Source: Candidatus Latescibacterota bacterium (GTDB lineage Bacteria > Latescibacterota > UBA2968 > GCA-2709665). From it: a DNA stretch of 64,000 bases. The stretch's first letter is position 1, and the number at the start of each line of letters is the position of its first letter. A program made the translations under genes and the position numbers. Below are positions 19,622 through 30,485 of this stretch, piece by piece. The stretch covers positions 896,001-960,000 of the forward strand of contig OZ242180.1 in NCBI GenBank assembly GCA_965205485.1. Reading direction: 5' to 3'. The notes beneath the pieces were generated by a model. It did no database searches. It worked only from the letters and a program-made list of their open reading frames with translations, and was not told where the DNA came from.

Positions 19622-21955
19622 ATGAGACCAGCGACGGTTTTGAGGGTTCTGGTCATTGCCGCGGTGACGTTGTTCAATGCGGAGGCTGCAGCGACGGCGA
19701 GGTCCGATGGGGATCGGACGCTGGCGCAGAGTCTATACAGTGAGGGGATGAGTCTTCTCGACGGCGACAGCCTGGACGCGGCAGCTTCAAAATTCCGCGC
19801 TGCGATTGAGATTGACAGCAAACATGCGCCTTCGCACGTCGGTCTGGGCCACGTATACCTGAAGGCGGGCGATTTGAAAGCCGCCGAACGGGCCTTTATG
19901 GATGCGCGGCGGAGACAGCACAGATACGCTCCGGCGTACAACGGGCTTGGGTTGGTGTGGCGAGAAAAACCGAAGGGCCTGTACACGGCGATCGACTATT
20001 TCAAACAGGCGTTGCGGTATGATCGGAATTATCTCGAAGCGAGGTACCATATCGCCGAAGCAAGGTACGCATTGGGGGAACACGATGTGAAGCGCGAAGC
20101 GGAAAAGCTCATCCAAATGGATGCAACGTTTGCGCCAGCGCATCGACTGCTCGGTGAATGGTATGAGACGTTCAAGGAAGATCATCAGCGCGCGACGGAG
20201 CACTACGAACAATACCTATCTCTAAGGCCCGATGATCTGGACGTCACTTTGCGTCTTGCCGGAGCGCTTGCCAACGTCGGCGACCATGCGCGCGTTGTGG
20301 ACCTGATGCGCAGGCAGATGCTGAGCCATCCGGATGCAATCGAAATGTCGCCCGTCCTCGCGTACGCCTACATGGAAATGGATTCCCTGGACATGGCGGA
20401 GGCTGCGTTCGAGAGATATCTCGAAGTGTGTGATCCGGCGGAACGGTTGCTGTACGAGGATATCCGTCTCCTTGCTTCTCCGGACGAGTACGAGGCTTTT
20501 GCCAATGCGCCGGATCGAGACGCCTACCTGATCCGGTTCTGGGGAGACCGGGACCCGGATCTGACAACCGCCGCCAACGAGCGGCAATTGGAGCACTACC
20601 GGCGCGTGTGGTTCGCGCGACGTCACTTTTCCAAATCGCGGCAACCCTGGGATACGAGGGGAGAAGTATACGTGAGATTCGGAGAACCGGACCATCGATC
20701 GAGGTCCGACTGGGTTAATTTTCAGCAGAGTCTCGATGTCCAGCGTGTGAAGGAGGCGCTTGCAGGACAGATCCACGGAGCGGCGGACGTCGCGAGTTGG
20801 GGAGACATCCTGGTTGCCTTTCCCGTTCGCAGTATCCCCGAGGGGCACGACTTCGGCGGATTCATGGCTCCCGCATATCGACCGGTGATTGCGAACGGAG
20901 CGGACGAATCTATTGTACCATGGGAAAGCTGGGTCTACGTCAATAACGGCGCAGGAGGTGGCATGGAGGTGACGTTTACAGATGAGATGTTGAACGGGAA
21001 ATTCGACTTCGCGCCGCCGCCGATCGACGTGGATATCGACATCCAAATGCTTGCCGCGTACAACCGGTTAAGCCCCCGAAATGTGAGTATGCGAAGCGCG
21101 GCGCGATACCCCGACTACTACCAGCCGCCTGCGAACGAAGATCCGCTGGAGTTCTCCTACGATCTGGCGGATTTCCGAGGTCAGGCTGACGCGGCGTCTG
21201 CCCTGGAAGTCTATGCGGGGATTCCACAGAACGTAGCACAGTACATGAAGACCGAAGACGCAACCACGCTGGACGTCGAAAGGACAGTTGCTCTATTGAA
21301 CAAGGAAACGGGTCAGGTGTACCGCAAGAAGGACGACGTTCATTTCCGGCGGCAGGGAGACGTGAGTCAGACACTGGGTGCGTTCGTCCCCGACGTCGTT
21401 CGGCTGGACGTTCCACCTGGCCACTACCGAATGGAGGTAAAGGTCAGGGACAAACGCACCGGAAGGCGCGGGAGGTACCGGCAGATCATCCACGTGGAGG
21501 CCTACCCTGAGTCCGGTCTTCGGATAAGCGATCTGGAATTGGCATGGCGGATCACTGAGGACAACGCGGAAAGCAAGTTCAGCAAAGGGGAATTACACGT
21601 CGTCCCGATGCCGACCCGCACCTACGGCAAGGGACACAGCGTCTACGTGTACTACGAAATATACAATCTGGCCAGGGATACGTTCGGGAGAACGAGATAC
21701 CGGATCACCTACACCGTAGGCAAAAGAGGTGAATCCGACGTTGGCAATATCGCACGGCTCGTGAGGCTGCGAGGGAAACGGCAGGTGGAGGTCGAGGTGG
21801 CATCCGAGCAGGTCGGTACGGACCCCACAGAGGTGGAATACGTCGCGCTGCAACTGGGACAGCATAGCGAGGGACGGCAGGTGCTGCAGGTGGCGGTCAC
21901 GGATCTGAACAGCGGTGAAACCGTGACCAAGGATGCCGGATTCGTGGTGAAGTGA
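19622..21955 (+). CDS. Exported TPR + GWxTD-domain protein (#2)
   Basis: Signal peptide, TPRs, RFWGDRDPD..NERQLEHYRRVWFA..WDTRGEVYVRFGEPD, C-terminal VYVYYEIYNL. Confidence 0.85.
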   Translation: MRPATVLRVLVIAAVTLFNAEAAATARSDGDRTLAQSLYSEGMSLLDGDSLDAAASKFRAAIEIDSKHAPSHVGLGHVYLKAGDLKAAERAFMDARRRQHRYAPAYNGLGLVWREKPKGLYTAIDYFKQALRYDRNYLEARYHIAEARYALGEHDVKREAEKLIQMDATFAPAHRLLGEWYETFKEDHQRATEHYEQYLSLRPDDLDVTLRLAGALANVGDHARVVDLMRRQMLSHPDAIEMSPVLAYAYMEMDSLDMAEAAFERYLEVCDPAERLLYEDIRLLASPDEYEAFANAPDRDAYLIRFWGDRDPDLTTAANERQLEHYRRVWFARRHFSKSRQPWDTRGEVYVRFGEPDHRSRSDWVNFQQSLDVQRVKEALAGQIHGAADVASWGDILVAFPVRSIPEGHDFGGFMAPAYRPVIANGADESIVPWESWVYVNNGAGGGMEVTFTDEMLNGKFDFAPPPIDVDIDIQMLAAYNRLSPRNVSMRSAARYPDYYQPPANEDPLEFSYDLADFRGQADAASALEVYAGIPQNVAQYMKTEDATTLDVERTVALLNKETGQVYRKKDDVHFRRQGDVSQTLGAFVPDVVRLDVPPGHYRMEVKVRDKRTGRRGRYRQIIHVEAYPESGLRISDLELAWRITEDNAESKFSKGELHVVPMPTRTYGKGHSVYVYYEIYNLARDTFGRTRYRITYTVGKRGESDVGNIARLVRLRGKRQVEVEVASEQVGTDPTEVEYVALQLGQHSEGRQVLQVAVTDLNSGETVTKDAGFVVK

Positions 21956-24474
21956 TGCAGTCCGCTGGTCCGCGCACACGTCTGTTGGCTTACCGGACGG
22001 TCTTGCAAATGGACGACTTGAATTCAGCCCCATACCGTCGGCTGGTCAGGCTGATGTCCGGCCTGGTCGTCATGGCATTGGTGCTTCTGGCGATATCCGA
22101 AGTACCAGCCGGTCCAAAACACGCCCGCGTGGATTCGCTGTATCGCGAGGCACTGGCGCAGGTCGGCAAAGTGCGCCCGGAAGCAAGTATTGAGGCGTTC
22201 GAGCAGGTCTTGAAGCGTGACTGGAAATTCGCGCCCGCGCACTATGAGATTGCTAAGCTCTACATGGAATTGAATACGCCGCTCACGCGCCAGAGCGCCC
22301 GCAAAGCGCTGGATGAAGCCATGCGCATCGACCCGGAGAACAAGGACTATCATTTGACATTGGGCGAACTTCTCAGCAGGCAGGGGTTCACTTACAACGC
22401 AGACCGGGAGTATCAAACTCTGGCAGCGGCTGACACCGGAAGCGCGGAAGCGGCGTATTGGGCGGGATTTTTCGCCGTACAGGAGTATCTCGCGTTGATC
22501 GATAAGGTTGAGTTCGTCCGCTTCGACAGAAGTAGTATGGGTACTGGGAACTACGATGTTACCGGTAACATGCAATATGAGAGTATCGGAAAGGTATTCT
22601 ACTGGAAGACCTTCGCCATGCAGTCCCTGGAACGCGCGAGAGGGTACCTGACGCAGAGCATCGTTGCGGACCCTGAATTCCGTGGCGCGTACAACCTGCT
22701 GGGGCTCCTGCATTTAGAAATCGGAAAGCCGGAAGCGCTCGTTCTGTTATTCAAGCGTTTTCTGAAACACTCTCCTGAGGACAAGGATGCGTTCATGTTC
22801 TGTGGTCTGGGATATCAGATGCTGGGCGAAATGGACGTAGCCCACAATTATTACCGGCGGGCACTCGAGCGAATGTCCGGCGACGAGCGGTCGATGATGG
22901 AGTCGGTAGACGTACTTGCATCAAAGGACGAGCGAACGCGAATGGCGCAGGCGATCACATACGGTGACACTGGCGGAGCGTATTGGACGAGCGACCGCCT
23001 CGACCGCTTCTGGCGCAGACAGGACCCGCTCTTCCTGACGGCGTTCAGCGAGCGAAAGATGGAACACTACGGGCGGGTCGCATACGCCAATCTCAGGTTC
23101 ACCCGGCATTTTAAGGAAGTCGACGGTTGGCAAACCGATCCCGGAAAGGCGTTTATCAAATTCGGACGATATTCGGGACGAGATGTCTTTACCAGCCGGA
23201 AGGTCTGGTATTACGGGGAGTTTCGAATCTGGTACGAGAACGGCGACGGATTGGACGCATGGCGCTTTGCAAGGGGATCGAACTCAGGCAGGAGTGCGAG
23301 ACAGTCGACGGCGAACTACAGAGTCCCGGTAAGACGAGGCTGGGTCTACATAACGAGAATGCGAGATGATCTGGGCGACTTTTATTCAGGTGAGAGTCGA
23401 CGGGAACGTCTGAGGGGAACGCGGCCACACGCACGACATGTATTTCGAGATACGCCCCAGCGGTATATCGACCCGTATCGCGACCGGAAATATCAGATGC
23501 CGTTCCAGGTCGCGGCGTTTCAGGAGCGCGACAGTATTCGCGTGGAATTCGCATACGCGATTCCGAAGGCGAGGGTCCGGTTATCCGATCCGAACGGGTT
23601 TGTGGATCTCGAGGACGGCGTGTTTCTGTTCGATGAACGCTGGGACCAGGTTTACCGAAGAAAGATGGACGTCGCAATGCAATGGCCATTGTTCGACAAG
23701 GCGATTGATACTATGAGCGACAGCCTGCGGCGCAACCACATCGTATCCTTCCGATCGCTGCGTGTGACGCCCCGCCAGCACCGGCTCGTGGTCGAGGTCC
23801 GGGACCGCGGCACGGGATCCATCGGGACGTTTCGCGAATTCCGCGAGTTCCGGACCGTGGACTCTCTATTGGCCATGAGCGATCTGCTGCTGGCGTCCGG
23901 GATTGAGCCGACAACGGCGTTTCCCGAAGGACGCAACGATCTCCACGTCACCCCCAATCCACTCCACACCTACGGTCGATCCGAGCCCGTCTTCATCTAT
24001 CTGGAGATATACAATCTCAAGAGGGACCGGTTCGGCGGAACCAAATATCGGATCTCGTACCGGCTGACCCGGCCCGACCGCGAGGAAATCCGGCCGGAAC
24101 GGTTCGCCGCCCTGGATGCGCCGGGCGCGGGCGCCGCGGTGGAAATCCAGACCATCGTGGAGGAAGCGATCATCGAGAGCGAGGAAGACCTCTGGCGGGA
24201 TGAACCTGAAGAGACCGTGAGCTATCGCGTCAAATACATCCTGCCGGAACGAAACAGGATCTCCGAGGAGATCAGGGATACTCCCCGCAAGCAAGATGGC
24301 GCCGAGACGACGGTCACGGCGCAATACCGGGGAAATCAGGAGGACGACTTCACCTTCCTTCAGATCGACGCGACCCATGCCCCCGCCGGTTTCCACAAGC
24401 TCATCGTCACCCTGAAGGACCTGTATACCGGCCAGATCGCGGAACGGGACGTGGTGTTCCGGGTGGTGGAGTGA
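21952..24474 (+). CDS. Exported TPR + GWxTD-domain protein (#3)
   Basis: GTGA overlap with the upstream stop (true start may be ATG 22053, before the hydrophobic signal); FWRRQDP..EHYGRVAYAN..GWQTDPGKAFIKFG. Confidence 0.82.
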   Translation: MMQSAGPRTRLLAYRTVLQMDDLNSAPYRRLVRLMSGLVVMALVLLAISEVPAGPKHARVDSLYREALAQVGKVRPEASIEAFEQVLKRDWKFAPAHYEIAKLYMELNTPLTRQSARKALDEAMRIDPENKDYHLTLGELLSRQGFTYNADREYQTLAAADTGSAEAAYWAGFFAVQEYLALIDKVEFVRFDRSSMGTGNYDVTGNMQYESIGKVFYWKTFAMQSLERARGYLTQSIVADPEFRGAYNLLGLLHLEIGKPEALVLLFKRFLKHSPEDKDAFMFCGLGYQMLGEMDVAHNYYRRALERMSGDERSMMESVDVLASKDERTRMAQAITYGDTGGAYWTSDRLDRFWRRQDPLFLTAFSERKMEHYGRVAYANLRFTRHFKEVDGWQTDPGKAFIKFGRYSGRDVFTSRKVWYYGEFRIWYENGDGLDAWRFARGSNSGRSARQSTANYRVPVRRGWVYITRMRDDLGDFYSGESRRERLRGTRPHARHVFRDTPQRYIDPYRDRKYQMPFQVAAFQERDSIRVEFAYAIPKARVRLSDPNGFVDLEDGVFLFDERWDQVYRRKMDVAMQWPLFDKAIDTMSDSLRRNHIVSFRSLRVTPRQHRLVVEVRDRGTGSIGTFREFREFRTVDSLLAMSDLLLASGIEPTTAFPEGRNDLHVTPNPLHTYGRSEPVFIYLEIYNLKRDRFGGTKYRISYRLTRPDREEIRPERFAALDAPGAGAAVEIQTIVEEAIIESEEDLWRDEPEETVSYRVKYILPERNRISEEIRDTPRKQDGAETTVTAQYRGNQEDDFTFLQIDATHAPAGFHKLIVTLKDLYTGQIAERDVVFRVVE

Positions 24475-24603
24475 ATGAACGACTCTGCGGCCGGATTGGA
24501 TAAGGCGCTGGCGTTCCCGGGAGCGAGGATCATGTCGCAACAGCTGTTGGAAAAGACGGCTTTGGACATGTGTGATATTCAATAATATTCAAATCTGATT
24601 TGG

Positions 24604-27600
24604 ATGGAGGGGCATTTGCTGCATAAAACCAGAAATCTCGTCGAGGATTGGCGGGATGGCGACGCCCGGAAGCTCGCCACGCTCGAGATGGAAGCAGACG
24701 TGGGATGGCCGGGCGGCGGCGGATGGCAGACGACGGCCGAGGAGCAGGAGCGAAACATCAAAGAGAGCAACCTGCTGGGGGCGATCGTCACGGAGAATGA
24801 GGAACGGATCATCAGCCTCTGCCTGATACGAGCGACGCCGGGACAGAAGGCGAAGGCATTCATTCCGCACCTCAACTGCCATCCGGAATTCCACGGGAAG
24901 AAGCACGGGAAATCTGCGCTGTGGGGCGCGATGGAACGCGCGTACGAAACTGGCTACCAGCGGGTCGACCTGTACACGTGGCCGGGAAACCTTCAAGCCG
25001 TTCCCCTGTACAAGAAGATGGGCTTCATGTGGAGGCCGGACTCGTCAGTGCACATGGAGAATTTTATGCCCGCCGCCCGCCGGCATCCGCTCGCCGCCGC
25101 TTTTTTCGCCCGGCACGACTGGTACGAGACACAGGTGCGGGAGCTAAGCCCCGAAGAGGACGTGATGACGCGGGGCAGGGTGAAGGTTTACGAATACCTC
25201 TGGCGCGCCCAGGACGGCGACCTGCTCAGGCTGGTGTTCGACCGCCAGAGTTGGGGGATCATCGAGCTCGAGAACAACGACCTGACGGTATCGTGCAGCC
25301 TGCCCGACGAAAAGCTGGTTGCGGGGGTCCCCCACGCTGTCCGATGGCATATCGTCAACAAGAAGCCGCACCCGGCACACGTCTTTCTCGCCGCTTCGGG
25401 CGATCCGGGTGTGAGGGTCGAAAAGCGCGAGGTGCTGGACGTTGCGGAATCAGCCGAAATAGGAGATACGTTCGTCATCGACCCGAATATCGAGGAGAAG
25501 CCGCGCGAACCCAAAGCGGCGGTTCTGCGGACCGACCTGGTGATCGACGGCGTGGGGATCGAATTCGCGGCGGGGATCGATGTACGCCAGGCCGTGGATG
25601 TTTCGGTCGATGCACCCCACTCCATCCTGACGCCGGGCAAGCCGCAGGAAACCACGCTGACCCTGCGTTCCAGCCTGGACGAGGCGTGTACGGCGAAACT
25701 CCGGATCATGCCCGTGGGCGGCGCGGATGTCAACGCCGGCGAGCGGGAGGTGGCGCTCGATCCGAAGGGCGGGGCCGAGCTGACGGTGCCGGTAACGGCC
25801 CCGTGGGCAGGGCCTGTTGCGATTGACGTCGAGACCACCGCGACGGCGGGGGGCAGGGCAGTTCCCGTCAAGATCAAACGTCTCGACCTGCTGGCCGTCG
25901 ACCGAGGAGGCGTGTCGGGATGTGTCGGAGAGCGGAACGCCCTTCTTTGCGGCGACGGACTGACCGTCAGCGCCGATTTGCGCAGCGGCGAGCTATATAT
26001 CTATCACACGCTACGGGCGCTGCGGTCCCGCCGGCTGAAGCTGCAGGCCCCCAGGCTCGGCCCGCCATTTGCCGGTGGCGATCTGTTTCAGGAGAAGGCC
26101 GAGGCGCGAGTCGAGCGGGATGTCGTCGGGGTCGTGCTCCGCCTGCGCACCCGTTCAGTGACTCGACCGGGCGTGTGGCTGGAAAGAAGCGTCCTGGTTG
26201 GACAGGGCCCGCTGGTCAGGGTGCTGGATACCGTCGTCAATGGAACTTCGCTGCCGCTGGACCTTTCGGTGTCGCAAAGCTGGTGGATGCAAATGGGCCG
26301 CACCGCGTCCCTGGTCGTGCCGGGGAAACACGGCGTGTCCCGGCAGGCGTTCGGATCGGGAGGACGGGACCTGGACGACCTCCGGCTATCGGAGGAGACG
26401 TCAGCCTGGCCAGAAGGATGGTTCTGCGTGGAGAAAGAGGATGGCTGTGTCACCGGCATTCTGTGGGACCGGGCCGAACGGGTGAGCCCCGGCCCGTGGG
26501 GCAGTCTTCGAACGCGAGCCGTTCGCGTGGAGCCTGGAGCGTCGAGGGCGCTGGATCCTGTCAACGCCTTTGTCGGCGACGGGAACTGGCAGACGGTCCG
26601 TTCCTGGTGGCGGACCCTGTTCGACAGCGTTCCGGAGATCGAGGCATCCACGGCGCCCACGCGAAGGCCGATCGAGTGCCGCATCGAGCCGCGCCCGCTG
26701 ATCGTGGCGGGAGAGCCGGTGGAAGCGACACTGCGCCTGGACCACGTGGGCAGGCACGAGCTGGACGGGGAACTGATCCTGGAGGATTCCGACGGTCTGC
26801 ACCCGGACGTAAGGGCGGTCAAGGTCACAGGGCTCTGCGAGTCCAGGCCCGTCGTGCGGAAGGTGGCCTTTCGTCCCCAAGCGCGAGTCCGGCCGGGCAC
26901 GAAAGGCATCCGCGCACGTTTCGAGACCGAAGAGGCGGTCTACCGGTTCACGCAGAAAGCGCTGGTACTCCCCGCCGGCGCGCGCGAGGTCTCGGTGTCG
27001 CGCCGGGAGAAGGGCCGCGTCCTTGAGATCGACAACGGGATATTGGCCGCGAAGGTCGCGCCGGCTTTCATGGGATCCGTTATCTCGCTCAGGTACGACG
27101 GTATGGAGTATCTCAACTGTCCGTATCCCAACGTGGAACCGCGCGCGTGGATGAATCCATGGTACGGCGGCCTTTCACCCGAATACGACAGGCTCGAGGA
27201 TACGCTCTACAAGGAACGGTTCCGGTACCGGGTGATCGAAAGGAAGGGTCGCCAGGGCCTGGTCTGGCGCGGGGTGCGCGTCCACTGTCGGATCGCTCAG
27301 GAGCACGCCCGCGGTCAGTCGATCGCGTGGGAATACCTGCTCGCACCCGGCGCGGACGTTCTGGCCATTCGCGTGACGTGCCGCGACGAACTCGGAATCG
27401 GCGCTGAAGGGGACCTGGGCTTCGGCGTGTGGCCCGCGTTTGCCGCGTCACCGGGGACCGCGACCTTCTACAATACGACCGAAACGTCCGTTTCGACACT
27501 AGCGGCGCCCCACTGGACCAGCGGCGGCAACTGGAACTGGGGCGGGATCGTCGGGAAGAACGGAGAGGCGTTGTTTCTGAGCGCGGCCGGGGAGGGCGCG

Positions 27601-27771
27601 CGCGCCGGCGGGTTCGCCCTGGGCGAGGTCGGATGCTTCCTGCTGGGCAACCTGGACAGGTGGATGAAGGCGGGGGAGCGGATCGAGGCGCTGTTCTTCC
27701 TCCTGCCAACCACCAGCCTGGAAGAAGGAAAGGCGGGCGCGATCTGGAGTGAGTTTGACGCGCTGCCGTAG
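24604..27771 (+). CDS. Large multidomain protein with N-terminal GNAT acetyltransferase domain
   Basis: HLNCHPEFHGKKHGK (acetyl-CoA motif A), DLYTWPGNLQAVPLYKKMGF (motif B), then ~900 aa of beta-rich domains. Confidence 0.75.
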   Translation: MEGHLLHKTRNLVEDWRDGDARKLATLEMEADVGWPGGGGWQTTAEEQERNIKESNLLGAIVTENEERIISLCLIRATPGQKAKAFIPHLNCHPEFHGKKHGKSALWGAMERAYETGYQRVDLYTWPGNLQAVPLYKKMGFMWRPDSSVHMENFMPAARRHPLAAAFFARHDWYETQVRELSPEEDVMTRGRVKVYEYLWRAQDGDLLRLVFDRQSWGIIELENNDLTVSCSLPDEKLVAGVPHAVRWHIVNKKPHPAHVFLAASGDPGVRVEKREVLDVAESAEIGDTFVIDPNIEEKPREPKAAVLRTDLVIDGVGIEFAAGIDVRQAVDVSVDAPHSILTPGKPQETTLTLRSSLDEACTAKLRIMPVGGADVNAGEREVALDPKGGAELTVPVTAPWAGPVAIDVETTATAGGRAVPVKIKRLDLLAVDRGGVSGCVGERNALLCGDGLTVSADLRSGELYIYHTLRALRSRRLKLQAPRLGPPFAGGDLFQEKAEARVERDVVGVVLRLRTRSVTRPGVWLERSVLVGQGPLVRVLDTVVNGTSLPLDLSVSQSWWMQMGRTASLVVPGKHGVSRQAFGSGGRDLDDLRLSEETSAWPEGWFCVEKEDGCVTGILWDRAERVSPGPWGSLRTRAVRVEPGASRALDPVNAFVGDGNWQTVRSWWRTLFDSVPEIEASTAPTRRPIECRIEPRPLIVAGEPVEATLRLDHVGRHELDGELILEDSDGLHPDVRAVKVTGLCESRPVVRKVAFRPQARVRPGTKGIRARFETEEAVYRFTQKALVLPAGAREVSVSRREKGRVLEIDNGILAAKVAPAFMGSVISLRYDGMEYLNCPYPNVEPRAWMNPWYGGLSPEYDRLEDTLYKERFRYRVIERKGRQGLVWRGVRVHCRIAQEHARGQSIAWEYLLAPGADVLAIRVTCRDELGIGAEGDLGFGVWPAFAASPGTATFYNTTETSVSTLAAPHWTSGGNWNWGGIVGKNGEALFLSAAGEGARAGGFALGEVGCFLLGNLDRWMKAGERIEALFFLLPTTSLEEGKAGAIWSEFDALP

Positions 27772-27809
27772 CGGGGGAAGAAGGCGATCCCCGCGAGGAA
27801 CCAAATCGA

Positions 27810-29132
27810 TCAAACGAGATCGCCAGTCTTGAAATACCTGTTCACTTTGTAACGGAAGAGGACTTGGGACAGGAGGATCAGACTCGCAAGTGCCCCAAAC
27901 TCAAAGTGATCGGGTATTCGTGGAGCCGCTTTGAGCGAGTACCAACACAATATTGTAATGCCTATAAGGAGACCGAAAGTGATCACATACCCCCTGACAC
28001 TCGGAGAAAGCAGAGGGCCAGATCGCAGGCGAAGCCACAAGAAGAAGGGAGTCAATATAGACATCAGGGATACAGGACGGATAAAGTCGTAACCTGCGAA
28101 TTGTTCCATCAGGACGTCCCTGAGCAGAAAGGCAAGTATCAGGGTACCAAAAAAGACGACGCTATATAGGAGCCCACTCCAATAGATCAGTCTTGAGAAT
28201 TGCATCCGTGAGATGGGATAGACCCAACCCTTCTGGAGGAATAGACATTCATCCAGGCAATAGATCAAAGCGCAAGTCGCGGGAACAACGGTTACGATTA
28301 TGTTTAGTACGCGCTGGAAGGCTACGGAGTTCTGTTGCAAGGCTTTACCGGGCACGTCCGTCAGGACAAACATGCACGCTGACGCGCCAAGAACGGCTAT
28401 GGCCGGGATGAAGGGCGCTCTGGCCGGCCATCCTATTCGTTTGAAGCCAAAGTTTTCGTACTCGCCGGCACGAATCCAGTCAAACAGTCCCGTGAACGGC
28501 CCCGTATGTTGCCATTGACGACGGGATTCACCCTTCAAGCTCTGCGCGTGCGTCACTGGGCCAAGTGCGTTTGCTCTGGCAACATTGACGTCAAAGAAAC
28601 GATGAAGGCACAGCGACGCGCCAGTCAATGCCAGGAGGACGCACAGAACGGGATGAACTGCGTAAACTTCGACGATGCGATCGACCGTATACATCGCGGT
28701 GAACAACAGGATCCAAATGAGAAAACCAAGACCATATCGACGGATGTCCCTGAACAGTGTGGGCCAAACGGGATTCATTCCCAAAATCAGCCCCACACTG
28801 TACCAGAGAAGTACGGATGAGAAGATGGTGTGCCAGGGGGCAATACCACCAGCGGATGTGTAAATCCACGTTTGGAAAAACGCCGTGACAACACCGGCAA
28901 GGAGCAGCGAAAAGAAGAGTCGCCGACGCAGGTTTGGCAAAGTCCATGAAAACAGCGTATTCCGGAGTTCTTGTACGATTCTCCCAAGCAATACGCCGCA
29001 AATTACCGGCGACAACAATACAAGAAAGTTGTCATCTAATCCAATCTGGACTAAAAAGTACGCGACTATAACCACAGACATCGCGATGTGCAATGGACGC
29101 AACAGCAATCCGAATAATGCATGGATGCCCAT
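27810..29132 (-). CDS. Multi-pass membrane protein, putative ABC permease (paralog B)
   Basis: Many TM segments; last gene of the GntR-ABC operon; shares MGIxAL, DWIRAGEYENxG and FKxGDLV with 29169-30485. Confidence 0.7.
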   Translation of the reverse strand: MGIHALFGLLLRPLHIAMSVVIVAYFLVQIGLDDNFLVLLSPVICGVLLGRIVQELRNTLFSWTLPNLRRRLFFSLLLAGVVTAFFQTWIYTSAGGIAPWHTIFSSVLLWYSVGLILGMNPVWPTLFRDIRRYGLGFLIWILLFTAMYTVDRIVEVYAVHPVLCVLLALTGASLCLHRFFDVNVARANALGPVTHAQSLKGESRRQWQHTGPFTGLFDWIRAGEYENFGFKRIGWPARAPFIPAIAVLGASACMFVLTDVPGKALQQNSVAFQRVLNIIVTVVPATCALIYCLDECLFLQKGWVYPISRMQFSRLIYWSGLLYSVVFFGTLILAFLLRDVLMEQFAGYDFIRPVSLMSILTPFFLWLRLRSGPLLSPSVRGYVITFGLLIGITILCWYSLKAAPRIPDHFEFGALASLILLSQVLFRYKVNRYFKTGDLV

Positions 29133-29168
29133 GAGACGATCACCTTAAGAGCAAGGCTGATATGCGGA

Positions 29169-30485
29169 TTAGACGAGATCGCCGAATTTGAAGTGTTGTC
29201 GGATTTTGCAACGAAAGAGGTACTGGGACAGGAGGATTAGACTCGCGACGGTTGCGGCCTCGTAGGCGAACGAAATGCAGCAGCCAAACTCAAGCCATAT
29301 CGTAATCAGGATCGAATAGCAGATGATGAAAACAGCCAGAATTACGTATGAAAGTACTTTGAATTGTTCGTTCCGAAAGCGTACCCATTGGATGACAGGG
29401 TTACAGATGAACATCAGCAGGACAGGACGCGCGAGGTCGAGCCCGGTGAAGATTCCGGTCAGGCCATCCAGCAGAAGAAACATCAATAACATGACCCCGC
29501 AATGTAGAGCGTTATGTAGAAGGCTACACCAGTACGCGAGCCTCGCCAGTTCAAGTCTCGAAAGAGGATAGAGCCATCCGGTTTTCACGTACAAGGACAG
29601 TTGCAGCATCCAAAGACCCAGGGTGATAGGAACGATAACGGCTTCTGCATGGCCGAATAACTGAATCAGGACCGCCACGGTAGCCAGAATGACAGTTGAG
29701 TACAGGAACGCGCTGCCCAGCCATCCCGCCCATGCGGTACCGTAATTCTCGTATTCACCGGCCCGGATCCAGTCGCCCAGACCGTTGAGCGGAGCCGCGC
29801 GTGTCCATTTCCGCCGGGAGTCGCGTCGTGCCGTCTGGTGAGGTCCGAACGTGTACCGATGGAACACCGGCATCGAGACGAGCGATTTTTCTCTTGTGAC
29901 TCCGACGCCGGAAGTGCGTTTCAGGTAGAGTATCGCGATAATAAGCGTAACAAGGGTACATAGGAGGGGTTGGGCTATGTAATAGTCGGTAACGTTATTG
30001 ATCGAGAGGATGCCGAATACAAGGATAAGAATCGTAATATACGTGACGACCGAACTGCGGTACCGGAGTGTTCGGGCGTCGACGAATTCGTAGGTCCCGA
30101 TCGTAAATGCCAGGCTGTGCCACATGAAACAAGAAGCAAGAATCGGGATCACAGGCGCAGGACCGCCCAACCAATCGTAAGTCCAGGTTGTCAGGGCGGC
30201 GAGTCCGATTCCCGTGATACATACCGAGGAAGAGAGCAGCCTGCGAAGACGGGGAAGCGACCAGGAAATGGGCGTGTGCTGGAGCTCGCCAATACTCTGG
30301 CCGATGAAGAAGCCTGCGATTGAAGGCAGTGCCATCGTGATCAGAATGAGGCGTCCCGGTTCTGACAGGGCGGGGAGTCTCGTGCCCGCGGCCCAGAGCA
30401 GACCCAGAATCAGCCCGGCGAATATCAGGTAGAATGCAAGAATCACCGGCCGCCAGAGCAGGCGGTACAGCGCGTAGATTCCCAT
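29169..30485 (-). CDS. Multi-pass membrane protein, putative ABC permease (paralog A)
   Basis: Many TM segments; start overlaps the ATPase stop (TGATG). Confidence 0.7.
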   Translation of the reverse strand: MGIYALYRLLWRPVILAFYLIFAGLILGLLWAAGTRLPALSEPGRLILITMALPSIAGFFIGQSIGELQHTPISWSLPRLRRLLSSSVCITGIGLAALTTWTYDWLGGPAPVIPILASCFMWHSLAFTIGTYEFVDARTLRYRSSVVTYITILILVFGILSINNVTDYYIAQPLLCTLVTLIIAILYLKRTSGVGVTREKSLVSMPVFHRYTFGPHQTARRDSRRKWTRAAPLNGLGDWIRAGEYENYGTAWAGWLGSAFLYSTVILATVAVLIQLFGHAEAVIVPITLGLWMLQLSLYVKTGWLYPLSRLELARLAYWCSLLHNALHCGVMLLMFLLLDGLTGIFTGLDLARPVLLMFICNPVIQWVRFRNEQFKVLSYVILAVFIICYSILITIWLEFGCCISFAYEAATVASLILLSQYLFRCKIRQHFKFGDLV

